Source of the DNA: Chthoniobacterales bacterium
GTDB taxonomy: Bacteria; Verrucomicrobiota; Verrucomicrobiia; Chthoniobacterales; Chthoniobacteraceae
Length of the DNA stretch: 64,000 bases
Direction: 5' to 3'
Assembly (NCBI GenBank): GCA_038207335.1
Contig: JBBQZX010000012.1
Span: 32,001-96,000 of the forward strand
Position 1 is the first letter of the stretch; the number at the start of each line of letters is the position of its first letter. Positions 18,801-28,400 of this stretch are shown here, one piece after another. The notes beneath the pieces were generated by a model that did not search any database, was not told the origin of the DNA, and saw only the letters and a program-made list of their open reading frames with translations. Position numbers and translations under genes: made by a program.

Positions 18801-21062
18801 CTCCTCCATCTCCGCCGTCCTATCCTCATACTTGTCGCCCGGCTGAATCTCCCGGACAAATTGCTTCGCGTTCCGCCCATTCACATTCCGCATGAACGCC
18901 ACAGCATCCACCAGCGCCGCGAGGTCGCGCTTGCTGCTCACCAGCTTTTCCTCATTCTCCGCCCACTCCGCCTCGACTGCCTTTCGTTCCGCCTTCAGCG
19001 ACTCCGGCAGAGCCTTTCCAGCCCGAGCCAGCGCCTCACAATCCGCGATCACGCTCGTCCTCCGCGCTCCGATAAGCGGACGAGCCGCCTCTGCCTTTTC
19101 ATTGAAGGCATCGAAGCAAATCTCCGGCATGTCGAAAGGACTCGCTGTCCGCAACCGCACACTCCCGTCGTGATTGCTCGTGTAGGCCTTTAAGATGACC
19201 CAGCTCCACAGCCGGTGCTTGTCCTCCGTCGCGCCGATCTTGTCTTTAAAAAGCTCGCGCGACCAATTCCAATAATAGCCGCGAAAAGCTGCGGGCGCTC
19301 CAAAGGTGAACAAGTCCGGCTCCACCTCATTGGCCTCCGCCGCCTGCTTCGAGCGGCGGATCACCGCCAGCGTTCCGCCATTCGTCGCGTAGAGTCCCGT
19401 CTTCGACTTCTCCCACTCACTGCGCGCTCGGTCGTCCGGATCTCCGGGCTCGAAAGAGACGCTGTTCAGAGTCTCGAAATCCTTGTCCAACTCGCTGACC
19501 ACCGTGACTTCATATCGGTCCTGCAAGTTGCGCCCGACGCCCGGCAGATTGATGCGCAGAGGCTTCTCATCCCGATAGATCACACTGCCATTCCGATCGC
19601 GCAGCGCGCATAGCTCTCCCTTCTCGGTGATAGCCCGCTCGGCTTTCGAAAGTCCCTTGAGAAAAGTGGCATCCTTCGATGCGGCGAGAGCTACCTGCTC
19701 CAAATGACCTCTCTCACTCGCCTCCGCCTGCACCTCACCGATGCCGGAAAGCATGAGTAGCTGCGGCGTATTGAATGCGCCTCCGCAAAGGATGATCTCC
19801 CCGGCGTCTTTCTTCGCAAAGTAAGAGAACCGCTCCCCCCGCGCGCCTTGCTGCACCGGGCTCGCTTCGTATAAGTGCTCACCCCGCGCAAACTCCACGC
19901 CGATCGCTCTCGGCACACCGCTCTCTTTGTCTATCTCAAATAGAACCCGGGTGACATGCACGCCGGTCTCGATCACGAGTCGGTCCGGGTATTTAAATTT
20001 TGTGTTGAGCAGGAACTCGCGCACGCCGAACCGGCGACCGTTCCCCGGCTCTCCTACATCCGTGGCTTCGGTCCCGCCCTCGATGCTGAGCGGGATTAAA
20101 AAAACACCTTCTGGCTTCGCTCGGCGCGTGTTGATGTCATTGAAGTCGATCGCCTGCACGACACGCGACCTCACGATCTGCTGCTTCAGAAACGTGACAA
20201 GTGCGTTATTGCCATGCAGTACGCCCAGCGCGGCGCGTATGATAGCATTGATGAACGGGCGGTCGTTCTTCGCGATCGTCGAGACGAGGAAAGGGTCGAT
20301 CAGATTGGTCGGCACCCATCCCTTGAAGCCATGCCCGCCATCATCCAGCACCGCACGCGGATCCAACAACAACACCACCCAGCGGTAGATTTTGTAAAAG
20401 ATTCCGAGCAGGTTCCGAAAAAAACGGTCGTAGGCCGAGAGATACTGATTTCGCTCCATCTTCGCGAAGTATCCGCGCATGGCACCCGCCCGCCACGAGG
20501 CATCGCCGGTCAGATTTGCGATGTAGTTCCAATCGTTGTCATTCGGGCAGATAGTAATCATCGCATGATGCGCCGTGCATCCGCCGATTCCAGCGGCGCG
20601 CGGGTAGAAAATACCTTGCTTCCTCCCCTCCAAAGGTGCGTCGAGAAACTTCGGCTTCAGCGGCTTCCCAGTATTCGGATCGATGCTCTTGTTATACTTA
20701 TCGTCCTTCTCCTGCGTCGCGTCATCCGCGTGATGCCTCACCGAAAACATCCAGCTAAACTCCTCATCCTCCGACGCCGCCGCATAGTATCCTGGAACCT
20801 TCGTCACCTCACCGACCCCAGCATCAGGGTAAGCTTTCGACTTCTTCTGGACCGGATCCGCTCCGGCTTCGAGCACCAGTACCCGCTTGCCAGCCTCCGC
20901 GAGCCGCGCCGCCAGAGGCCCACCGCCCGCGCCGGAGCCCACGATGATATAATCGAACTTCGAGTTCTCAGGACTCTTCGCGCCTTCAAGAAGATCGGCG
21001 CTTGGATCGTTCGTAGGTGCAACTCCGCTAGCGGGAGTATCGGTGATAATCGGCGGTTCCAT
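15810..21062 (-). CDS. GMC oxidoreductase fused to a membrane patatin/cPLA2-like phospholipase (1750 aa)
   Basis: FDYIIVGSGAGG...VLVLEAG (FAD binding), CGGAFNTPQLLMLSGIG, LPGVGRNLQD, WGHHCSCTCPIG, GLRIVDASVFP; then GLALSGGGIRS, LSTVSGGG, a multi-TM bundle, AISGAA-like GISGAAFS and YLSDGGHFE; a single uninterrupted ORF. Confidence 0.88.
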   Translation of the reverse strand: MEPPIITDTPASGVAPTNDPSADLLEGAKSPENSKFDYIIVGSGAGGGPLAARLAEAGKRVLVLEAGADPVQKKSKAYPDAGVGEVTKVPGYYAAASEDEEFSWMFSVRHHADDATQEKDDKYNKSIDPNTGKPLKPKFLDAPLEGRKQGIFYPRAAGIGGCTAHHAMITICPNDNDWNYIANLTGDASWRAGAMRGYFAKMERNQYLSAYDRFFRNLLGIFYKIYRWVVLLLDPRAVLDDGGHGFKGWVPTNLIDPFLVSTIAKNDRPFINAIIRAALGVLHGNNALVTFLKQQIVRSRVVQAIDFNDINTRRAKPEGVFLIPLSIEGGTEATDVGEPGNGRRFGVREFLLNTKFKYPDRLVIETGVHVTRVLFEIDKESGVPRAIGVEFARGEHLYEASPVQQGARGERFSYFAKKDAGEIILCGGAFNTPQLLMLSGIGEVQAEASERGHLEQVALAASKDATFLKGLSKAERAITEKGELCALRDRNGSVIYRDEKPLRINLPGVGRNLQDRYEVTVVSELDKDFETLNSVSFEPGDPDDRARSEWEKSKTGLYATNGGTLAVIRRSKQAAEANEVEPDLFTFGAPAAFRGYYWNWSRELFKDKIGATEDKHRLWSWVILKAYTSNHDGSVRLRTASPFDMPEICFDAFNEKAEAARPLIGARRTSVIADCEALARAGKALPESLKAERKAVEAEWAENEEKLVSSKRDLAALVDAVAFMRNVNGRNAKQFVREIQPGDKYEDRTAEMEEWIKTQAWGHHCSCTCPIGSDAWKANTDDLKDRGAVLDSRFRVHGVNGLRIVDASVFPKIPGYFIVAPIYMVSEKAADTLIEDSLTAVYPARFEEDEAAAIRARREKAARPSDPAGEERDERKLPARTVGLALSGGGIRSSTFALGVIQALAARNRIREVDILSTVSGGGFAGSFLGRLFTRESTKLAKDPCERVQETLKDTWSAPIEWLRSQANYIFATGTTDLHLNLAVLWRNLVAVYLVAGALLFTLFGLLAWLPSGGGGLLDRWGAFQLHALLRAQLGAPVVWNITLSPWWWLPVLALGVAVLPATLSYWLAPRIGSYRPYPFFSLLAWLVALTGALIGLGIPHGALVAAVAAVALILAWVWQEVARWGATEGADSEAERRKVGGIVANRVLRSLGEVLLIFAALVAWVVLDTFALLFATHGLVRGLSIAAAAVAPLMPFLQKIAMNAKQALSPGGKKEFSLQGLATAIGIPLAVFLIFVVDVHAHKLVFTFAGTCWAVFVLSVTGLFSLAIGRAFDFLNLSSLQATYASRLTRTFQGASNEERVYASSSSEGHDVGVAHPNDDIPWHKYHPEQQGGPLHLVNVTINETVDAASARDIRERKGLPMCITPHGVSVGRRYFARWSRPDSLPYWQKLRRWLAGVDGDDSKPLLPSFGRRRVQEAAPALTALDALDVSSDPNAFHVLKSKESGSAEVESLTLGQWIGISGAAFSTGIGRGTKLSLSLFMGLANVRLGYWWDSGIRKEERPGQYPESAWRRLKRLPVTVFRAQSMLLDEWRARFYGPSRWFWYLSDGGHFEVTALYELIRRRVRFMIVSEAGEDVEYQWNDVSLLTQQVREDFRAEIVWLDIKGIRDKANAALNPVQLAAQQALPTGQRCMNRWAQIVSSLGEHCDGLDQWIQDWMDPDQLGTLNDIKREGGHHAALARVTYAGSPDVSWILLFKPGLNDGLTQDLLNYGKVNPKFPQTPTFDQFFDDIQWESYRALGQQTAAKVLR

Positions 21063-21065
21063 GGC

Positions 21066-24000
21066 TTAGAGGGTCTTCAGAAATACGATCAGGTTCTCCT
21101 TCTCCTCATCTGTCAGCGACTCGCCAAACCAATGCCCGCGATCGAGCACGAAGTCCGGACACTTGCTCGCCGCCATCAACGCCGGACCCGCCTTTTTCGC
21201 AAACACCTCATAAGCCTGCTCGCCGGAGAGATGCTCCTTGTTGATCTTTAAAATGGCGCGAGTAAGGCCCACGAGCGCAGGTGCGACCTTGCCGATCTTC
21301 TTGAGGTCGGGATCGAGGTTCATCAAAAGATTCACCGGCGTGCCGCGCGGGATGGGCCCGAGGTCGATGCCTTTGTAGTCGGCGTTCAACCAAGAGTTTG
21401 GCAGCACCGCCAGGACGGGGTTCACCTGCTTTAGGTGACCGGTGAGAAACTTGTTCACGAGGATGCCCGCGAAGAGTGTCACAAGCGTCGCGGTCACGAA
21501 AACCGCACGTGTAATAAAACGCCATTGTCCGCGCGCGAGCAGCAGGAGAATTCCCGCCAGCGCAACGATCGCAACATACAGCCAGAGCCAGCCACCTTTC
21601 TCGGCGATGACTCCGATCGCCGCCACTCCCACCGCGACCAACAGTAGCAAGATACCCGCGTGTCGCGTGTGGCCTTTCCAGATGAGGAGCGCGAATAGCA
21701 AAGTCAAGACCACCCACGACCAGAAACTCAGAATCGTGAATAGGATTGCGCCAAAGGTCTTGCCTACAAAGCCGACGAGCAGCCCTTGAATGATCGGCTG
21801 AATGAAGCCCGGCTGGAATCGGATGCGAGAATCGACCGGTAGGCGGTAGATGTAGCCGGGATCGTTGGCAGCGGCTTCGCTCCCTTCCGAGCGAATATCT
21901 CCGGGGTGCAGGTAAGTCTTGCCTTCGCGCGTGAAATTCGTCCGCTCCTTGTTCCAGAGCAGCTTGCGAATTGCGTCGTCAAACGCTTCGAGCCGCCCTT
22001 TCACGCTGGGATCTTGGTTGTAGATTCCGAGCGCGTTGTTGTGAAAAAATGGCGCAGTGGCCCAGATGCTTATCAGCGTCGCCGGCCGGAAGTAACCCGG
22101 GCCGCCTATCTTGCGGCCATCGTTGTATTGGTCATTCGTTCCATACGGATCGAACTTCACCGCCGAAGCCTCGACTTTGTAAGGATTGAAGTAACGAATG
22201 TCTCCGACCGACTTCAGCGTTTTGAAGGTCTCCGACGAGTAGTTGTCCCACACATTTCCCCGCATCGCATTCGTCGCCATCGCGCGCCCGGAGTAAGTGC
22301 CGGTGAGAGTGATCGGGATGCGCAGTTCGTTGGAAAGGAAGTTGTCTTTGAGGAATTCGTCCTCCTTTCCTGCCTCCGGCGCTGCGCCAGCGACCACGGC
22401 GATCTTGTCGCGGAAATCTTTCATCGCTGGGCTTGCCCTGAACTCGTCCCAGTGCGTGTATTCCATCGGAAGCGTGTAGATGGGCGGCTTCCCCTCGCCC
22501 GGCTTTGGCGCTTTATCCCAACTAGTGGAGATCGCGCGCTCGAACTGGAGGTCGAAACCTTTCGGCAGCTTGCTCGAATGACAAATGGCGCAGTTATCCA
22601 GGAACACCTTTCGGCCTGTGACAAGCTTGGATCGCGTTTGCTCGTCTTCGATCCACTTCTTGCCGGGAAGTTCGCGAGCGACCTTTCCGCTGGCGTCTAG
22701 GGCTGCCCTCCCATCCGCCGCGCGCACGACTTCCCGCGCATCCTTTAGCTTCATCCCCGACGTGCTTTTTGCCACGATGCCTTTGTAGCCAATGTCGAAG
22801 AACTTCGCCATGTAGGGAACGCGGTAGTTCACGTTCACGTTCCAATAAACCGAGTTCGCGCGTCCGACCTCGATACTGAACGGACGCTGCGGCGTGTAGC
22901 CGAGCACCAGATTTCCAGTCGTGAGCCAATACTCGGGAAAGACGCCGACGTTGTGAGGTACGCGCTCCAACGCGCCCAAGATGCCGATGCTATCTTCGCC
23001 GGGCCCCAACACCATCGGGAAATGCCGCTGCTTGACGGGACCATCCGGGTTGCTGCTCGTCTCGGGGTTCTCGATACTCGGCAGCATCAGGTTCTCGCGG
23101 CTTTGGAGTTCCGATGGCTTTTCGAGCGCGCGCGCAAGACGCGATGGCACGTCGAAGATGGGATTGATGACGTTGGTGTTGTTGATGTGGTCGGTGCTGA
23201 CCAGCGACGTGTCGATCGAGCCGGGTGCCTGGCTTTTCAAAAAATGGTAAAGGAAGTCTGGCTTCATCCGCAGGTTGGCATTGGCCGCCTGCGGGTCCCA
23301 GTATTGCGCGCCGATGATGGAGGAAAGGTTCTCCCACTCTGGTTCCGCGTTATCCACCGGCGGATTCAGCGGATGCTGAGCGACGTGGCAGAAGCCGCAC
23401 GACATCGTCACCCGGAATGGCCGGACTAGCTTCGGGTCGGCGTTAATATTCGTGTCGGTATAATACCGTCCATTGGTGCTTTCGACTTGCTTCTTCCAGT
23501 AGGCGCGCGCCTCCGCGGCGTTTGCTGTCTTGGCGAAAAAATCGGGGTTTAGCATGAGGCGCAACCCGAAGATGCCGCTCGGATAGCCATAGATTGAGGT
23601 ATCCAATCCATCCTGCGGCAGCTTGCTGCGCACGATTTCGGGGATGTAGTCCTTGAAGCTGTCGTCGCGCCTCTGCTGGTTGTCCCAGTCGGCCAGCGTC
23701 ATCCATGGCTCGAAGAGTTGTGTGGGATGGCCGGGAGGGGCCTTCGGCTGATAGACTGGCTTTTCCATCGCCCTGCCTTGCGCGTCGTAGCGTTCAGGCT
23801 CGGGTTCATCGTAGCCGGAACCTTCGTAGGGTAAGATGATCGGTTCGCCGTTGTCATCGCGCGGCGGCGGGGGACGGAGCATCCCGTTCCTCCAGTCGCC
23901 GCCTTTCGGTTGGTCTAGGTAAAGACCGAGGATCGTCTTGGCGGAAGATGTAAAGCCGGGCTGGTTAATCAAACCAGCGCTCTTGAAGCGGTTCGCGCGC

Positions 24001-24518
24001 TGGCGCGAATCCATGAGGATGAGGTAGTCGGTCAGGCCATAGCCATTCTGCTGGAGCCAGTTCCAAAAGGTTTCGTTGCCTCCGCCCCACAGCAGCCAGG
24101 TATTGCGCCCGCGGATTGCATCGCGCTCGCTGTCGCTCAGACCGCTGACTTTTCCTTTCGAGCTTCCATCCTCATCGAAGTCCAGCGGGCCGAATTTTCC
24201 GTCCTTTCCCACCACCCAGTCCATCTTCCAAAACAAGTCGCGCGGCTCCGCAGGAAAGCACTCGGCGGTACGCGGGGTAACTGGCGTTCCGTTGATAGTC
24301 TTCCCACCCATCGCCTCGTCGAGGACTTCGCCGGGGATGGTTCCTTTCGGGTGGTAAGATGGGCGTTCTTGCTTGCTGGCGCTCTCCGCTTGCGCCTTTG
24401 GGTAGGCTGGCGGCGGATCGTAAGTAACGGGTGCGTCATCGCCGAGACTCGTGGAAGCCAGCGCGAGCAGGGCGAGCGCGACGAAGGATTGATTTTGAAG
24501 AAGACTGCGAGTGTTCAT
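21066..24518 (-). CDS. Exported, membrane-anchored di-heme cytochrome c (RoxA/CCP-MauG-like superfamily)
   Basis: Signal peptide from MNTRS (ATG 24518); CGFCH (23385-23399) and CAICH (22578-22592); PATLISIWATAPFFHNN motif; C-terminal GHWFGESLTDEEKENLIVFLKTL; about 4 TM helices inserted near the C-terminus. Confidence 0.8.
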   Translation of the reverse strand: MNTRSLLQNQSFVALALLALASTSLGDDAPVTYDPPPAYPKAQAESASKQERPSYHPKGTIPGEVLDEAMGGKTINGTPVTPRTAECFPAEPRDLFWKMDWVVGKDGKFGPLDFDEDGSSKGKVSGLSDSERDAIRGRNTWLLWGGGNETFWNWLQQNGYGLTDYLILMDSRQRANRFKSAGLINQPGFTSSAKTILGLYLDQPKGGDWRNGMLRPPPPRDDNGEPIILPYEGSGYDEPEPERYDAQGRAMEKPVYQPKAPPGHPTQLFEPWMTLADWDNQQRRDDSFKDYIPEIVRSKLPQDGLDTSIYGYPSGIFGLRLMLNPDFFAKTANAAEARAYWKKQVESTNGRYYTDTNINADPKLVRPFRVTMSCGFCHVAQHPLNPPVDNAEPEWENLSSIIGAQYWDPQAANANLRMKPDFLYHFLKSQAPGSIDTSLVSTDHINNTNVINPIFDVPSRLARALEKPSELQSRENLMLPSIENPETSSNPDGPVKQRHFPMVLGPGEDSIGILGALERVPHNVGVFPEYWLTTGNLVLGYTPQRPFSIEVGRANSVYWNVNVNYRVPYMAKFFDIGYKGIVAKSTSGMKLKDAREVVRAADGRAALDASGKVARELPGKKWIEDEQTRSKLVTGRKVFLDNCAICHSSKLPKGFDLQFERAISTSWDKAPKPGEGKPPIYTLPMEYTHWDEFRASPAMKDFRDKIAVVAGAAPEAGKEDEFLKDNFLSNELRIPITLTGTYSGRAMATNAMRGNVWDNYSSETFKTLKSVGDIRYFNPYKVEASAVKFDPYGTNDQYNDGRKIGGPGYFRPATLISIWATAPFFHNNALGIYNQDPSVKGRLEAFDDAIRKLLWNKERTNFTREGKTYLHPGDIRSEGSEAAANDPGYIYRLPVDSRIRFQPGFIQPIIQGLLVGFVGKTFGAILFTILSFWSWVVLTLLFALLIWKGHTRHAGILLLLVAVGVAAIGVIAEKGGWLWLYVAIVALAGILLLLARGQWRFITRAVFVTATLVTLFAGILVNKFLTGHLKQVNPVLAVLPNSWLNADYKGIDLGPIPRGTPVNLLMNLDPDLKKIGKVAPALVGLTRAILKINKEHLSGEQAYEVFAKKAGPALMAASKCPDFVLDRGHWFGESLTDEEKENLIVFLKTL

Positions 24519-24722
24519 TGTATTGGATGGGTCGGGATGAGTCGCAAGGACACGTCCGCGTGCCTGTGGATGCGCCGGTTGGAAAGTCATGGGCGGGACG
24601 TTCCGTCGCTGCAGATGTGCCTCTGCGGAGTTTCCTTGAAGACCCTTAACAAGAGAACCTCGCGCTCCATCCACTGCGCCAGCAGTTGCAGCCGTTTTCA
24701 CACACGCTGGGTTAGGGAGCTG

Positions 24723-24739
24723 GTTGACGGGTTGTCAAC
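24723..24739. promoter_or_regulatory. Palindrome GTTGAC-N5-GTCAAC containing a minus-strand TTGACA hexamer, upstream of the four-gene operon
   Basis: GTTGACGGGTTGTCAAC; TTGACA on the minus strand at 24733-24738; no convincing -10 box. Confidence 0.3.
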
Positions 24740-24923
24740 AAGAAAGTTTAGAACGTGCGGCGGCTCTATGTGAACCAGCGGTCAGCACGTGATTGCAGAC
24801 GACGCGTCGCGCGCGCTGCGTGTGGGCTTGGGGTATTTTCAGGCGAGCCCCACATCAACAAGCGCGTGCCCAGCGGATCACCGGCCACGGCACGCAGGTC
24901 GCGTGCTCCACCCAAACCCACCC

Positions 24924-25229
24924 CTAAAACGCATTCACGCTCAACGTGAAATGCAGCCCGTAGTCTTGGAGATTTTCTCCGTCGCTCACCACGTCACGAC
25001 GGTTTAGCGCATAACCCAGTAGATCTGCGCGCTCACGTATTTCGACGGCGTGAAGATCACGCCGATCCCGATGCTCGTCAGCGTTTCCGACCGATCGTCG
25101 ATCTGATTCCGCGGCGGCTTTTTGCCGATGAACTCCACGCGATCCCACCCGACGCCAACATCGAAAAACGGCGCGAGCGTCACGATCGGCGTCTTCTCTT
25201 TTCCCCGCCACACCGGCACCCGCAGCTCC
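24924..25229 (-). pseudogene. 3-prime remnant of a second ShlB/FhaC (TpsB) gene
   Basis: Translates ELRVPVWRGKEKTPIVTLAPFFDVGVGWDRVEFIGKKPP...YW/GYALN...QDYGLHFTLSVNAF*, closely paralogous to the last ~100 aa of 31913-33871; 5-prime part missing; -1 frameshift (CCC 25015-25017 vs CCCC 32004-32007). Confidence 0.85.
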
Positions 25230-25461
25230 GAGTCTCAGCAAGAAATGACGACGCGCCCGAAAGGGCGCGCTCGCTAACCGTCTGAAATGACTCAAATAAA
25301 AGCAGAAGATGACAACGCGAGGGATGCTTCCTCGTGGAAATCCAGTGGTGGGACGGTTCTTCGCACTCTCTCCCGGCGTCGTCTTTTTCCTTTGGTCGCT
25401 GGCCGCCGGCATCTTCCTCTTCACTTGTGCCGAGTGATTGCAGTGGTATCTCTCCCCCTCC

Positions 25462-28400
25462 ATGCATCCTCCGGTCGAACTCCCGCGCATTTTTTGCCGC
25501 TTCGGCATATTGCTGCCGATTCTCGCGGGAAGCATCGCAGCGCCCGTTCTCGGGGGCGTCACGCCAGACGGACGACTCGGCACGAGCGTCACGCAAAACG
25601 GCTTCGATTTCACGATCACCGCTGGCTCGCAGCACGGCGGAAACCTTTTCCACAGCTTCGATCGCTTCGACTTGAGCGCGGGAGAAAGCGCTACGTTTCA
25701 GGGCCTTTCAAGCGTGCAGAACATCCTCGCGCGCGTCACGGGCGGCAGCGCTTCGAGCATCGACGGCACGCTGCGCAGCGCCATCCCCGGCGCAAACCTC
25801 TACTTCATCAATTCCGCCGGCGTCATGTTCGGCCCGAACGCGCACCTCGACATCACGGGCTCCTTCACCGTCACCACCGCCGATTATGTAAAACTCGCCG
25901 ACGCCGCGCGCTTCGACGCACGACCCGGCACCAACGACCTCACGCTGACGAGCGCGCCGGTGAGCGCATTCGGATTCGTGAATCCGACGCCCGCCGCAAT
26001 CACCTTCACGGACACGCAAACGCTGCTCCCCGACGGTCAGAGTTTTTCCGCCATCGGCGGCGATCTCCTGCTCGATGGCGCAACAATCCGGGGCGCGGGT
26101 TCACGCGTGAATCTCGTGAGTGTCAGGAGCGCTGGCTTGGTCGTTCTCGCTCCTGCGAACCCGCTCAGCAGCGTGGACGTATCGACGTTCGGACAGATGG
26201 GAGAAGCTCGCCTCACCCGCTATGCGACGATCGATACCAGCGGCTCGGTGGGAGGAAAAGTGGTCATCCGCGGCGGCAAGCTCGTCCTCGACACGGGACG
26301 GATTCGCTCCGGCACTTCAAGCTCCAGCACGGGAGGAGCCATCGACATTCTTGCGAAAGAAAGCGTGCTCGTGACGGATTCGGCGCGGGCACCAGATGCC
26401 TCGTATTTTACCAGCGAAATCAGCACGTATTCGGACGGCACGGGCGCGGCGGGAGCGCTCGACGTGGAGGCACCGCTGATCACCATCTCGCGCGGAGGAA
26501 ACCTCAACAGCATCGCCCATGAAAGCGCGACGGCGACCGGCCGAGGCGGCGACATCGGGCTGCGGGCGCTAAAGCTCGAAATTTTGGACAACTTCAGCAT
26601 CGTCGGTGTGAATACGAGCGGGCCCGGAACCAGCGGCAACATTCGGGTAGACGCGAACGAGGTCTTGTTCCGAGGCAGCATCGTCAATGGCTACACCGGC
26701 CTTACCTCTTCTAGCACCATGCAGGGCTCTGGCGGCGGCAATGGCGGTCACATCAGCTTGTTTGCCACCGGCACGATCGCGGTGATCGAGGGTGCCCAGA
26801 TCGACTCCAGGACTTCCGGCTCCGGAGCTGGCGGCGCGATCTTTTTGCAGGCACCGCGGCTCGCGGTGGTTGACGGTTCATTTATCTCGGTCTCGACCGT
26901 TGGCACGGAGAACTCCCTGCCACTGCAAAACGCGGGAGCAAGCGGCAACATCACTCTCGACGTGAGCAGAAGCATCGAAATCGCCGGCGGCTCCGCGATC
27001 ATCTCCAGCACTCAAAATTCCGGGACCGGCGGAAACATCCTCGTGCTTGGAAACAGTGAGCTGAGCATCCACGCGCCGCAGCTCAACCAGTTCAGCGGCA
27101 TCTTCGCCAACTCGGTTCCCGGGCCGACGGGCTTCGATTCCGACACCATTTACGGGCGCGGCGGTTCGATCGAAATCCACGCGAGCAAGCTGCATCTGGA
27201 GGGTGCGACGAACATCTCTGTGTCCACGTTCACCACCGGCCACGGCGGTGATTTGCGCATCGACGCCGGCACCATTTTCGTCTCGGGAAAAGGAATACCC
27301 GCCGGCGATTTCGACACGGACTTCGCGCTCGGCATCGTCGCCGAGACCGAGGATTACGAGGGAGCGGCCGGCATGATCGTGGTGAATGCGAATGAAATCA
27401 CGGTCCGCGATGGCGGCGTCATTTCCTCGAGCACCAACGGCGACGGCAACGCGGGAGCGCTGAAGATTCGCGCCGGTTCACTTTTATTGGATGGATCGGG
27501 CAGCGACCGTTTTACCGGCATCTTCGCGGCGAGCGTCGGCGGGGAAGATGCGGGCCGCGGCGGTTGCATCACCGTCAATGCCGGCGATCTGCGCATTTTC
27601 AATGGCGCGGGCATCGCCAGTTCCACCGTCGGCGGCGGCGACGCTGGCGATGTTTTCATCACCGCCGACAATGCGGTAATCAGCCACGCCAGGCAGAGCC
27701 AACTCCTCGATTCGACGGGCACCCCGATCCTTTTCGCCGGCATCGCCGCAAACGTCGTAGGCGCGGAAACGATCGGGCGCGGAGGGAATATCGAAGCGCA
27801 TTTTGGCAGCCTCGAAATCTCCGACGGCGCCACGATCACCGCCAGTACTGCAGGGCGTGGCCGCGGCGGGTCGGTCCTCGTGGACGCGCCGCTTCTCCGC
27901 TTGAGCAGCGGGGCGTCCATCGAATCGAGCACGACCTCGAGCGGGAACGGCGGCATGGTAAAAGTGAGTGCCGGAACGGTTTTGATCGACGGAGGCCGCA
28001 TCACCGCGACGACGACGGCTCGAGGAGCTGCGGGCGCCGTCGAGGTCGTTGCGGATTCCGTGACCGTACGCGGCCCGACTTCGCTGATTTCTTCAGAGAG
28101 CCGCGGGACGAAAAATGGCGGGGCGGCAGGGGAGATTCATTTGGAAATCAGCGGAGCGCTGCGGCTGGAAGATGGGGCGCGGGTGAGTTCGACGACCTTC
28201 GGCTCGGGCGCGGGCGGGCGGGTGCGGATCAGCGCCGGAAGTGCGGATTTTACGGGTGGAAACTCGGGGGCCTTCACGGGCATCAGCGCGGAGACGTTGG
28301 CGGCGCGCGGAGGCGGCGCGGGAGGCGACATCGGCCTGCAAATTGGCGGCTTGCTGCATCTCGGAAAACTCGGGCAGATCAGCGCGGACACCTTTGGCGA

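Noticed and set aside
25240..25330. c-di-GMP-I riboswitch
   Set aside because: A GAAA hairpin is present, but the conserved GGCAAA and GACGCAAA flanks and the second stem are missing.
24924..25619. 231-aa ORF ending in a TpsB-like C-terminus
   Set aside because: Only the last ~29 aa are TpsB-like, reached through the frameshift; the rest is off-frame or antisense to tpsA1.
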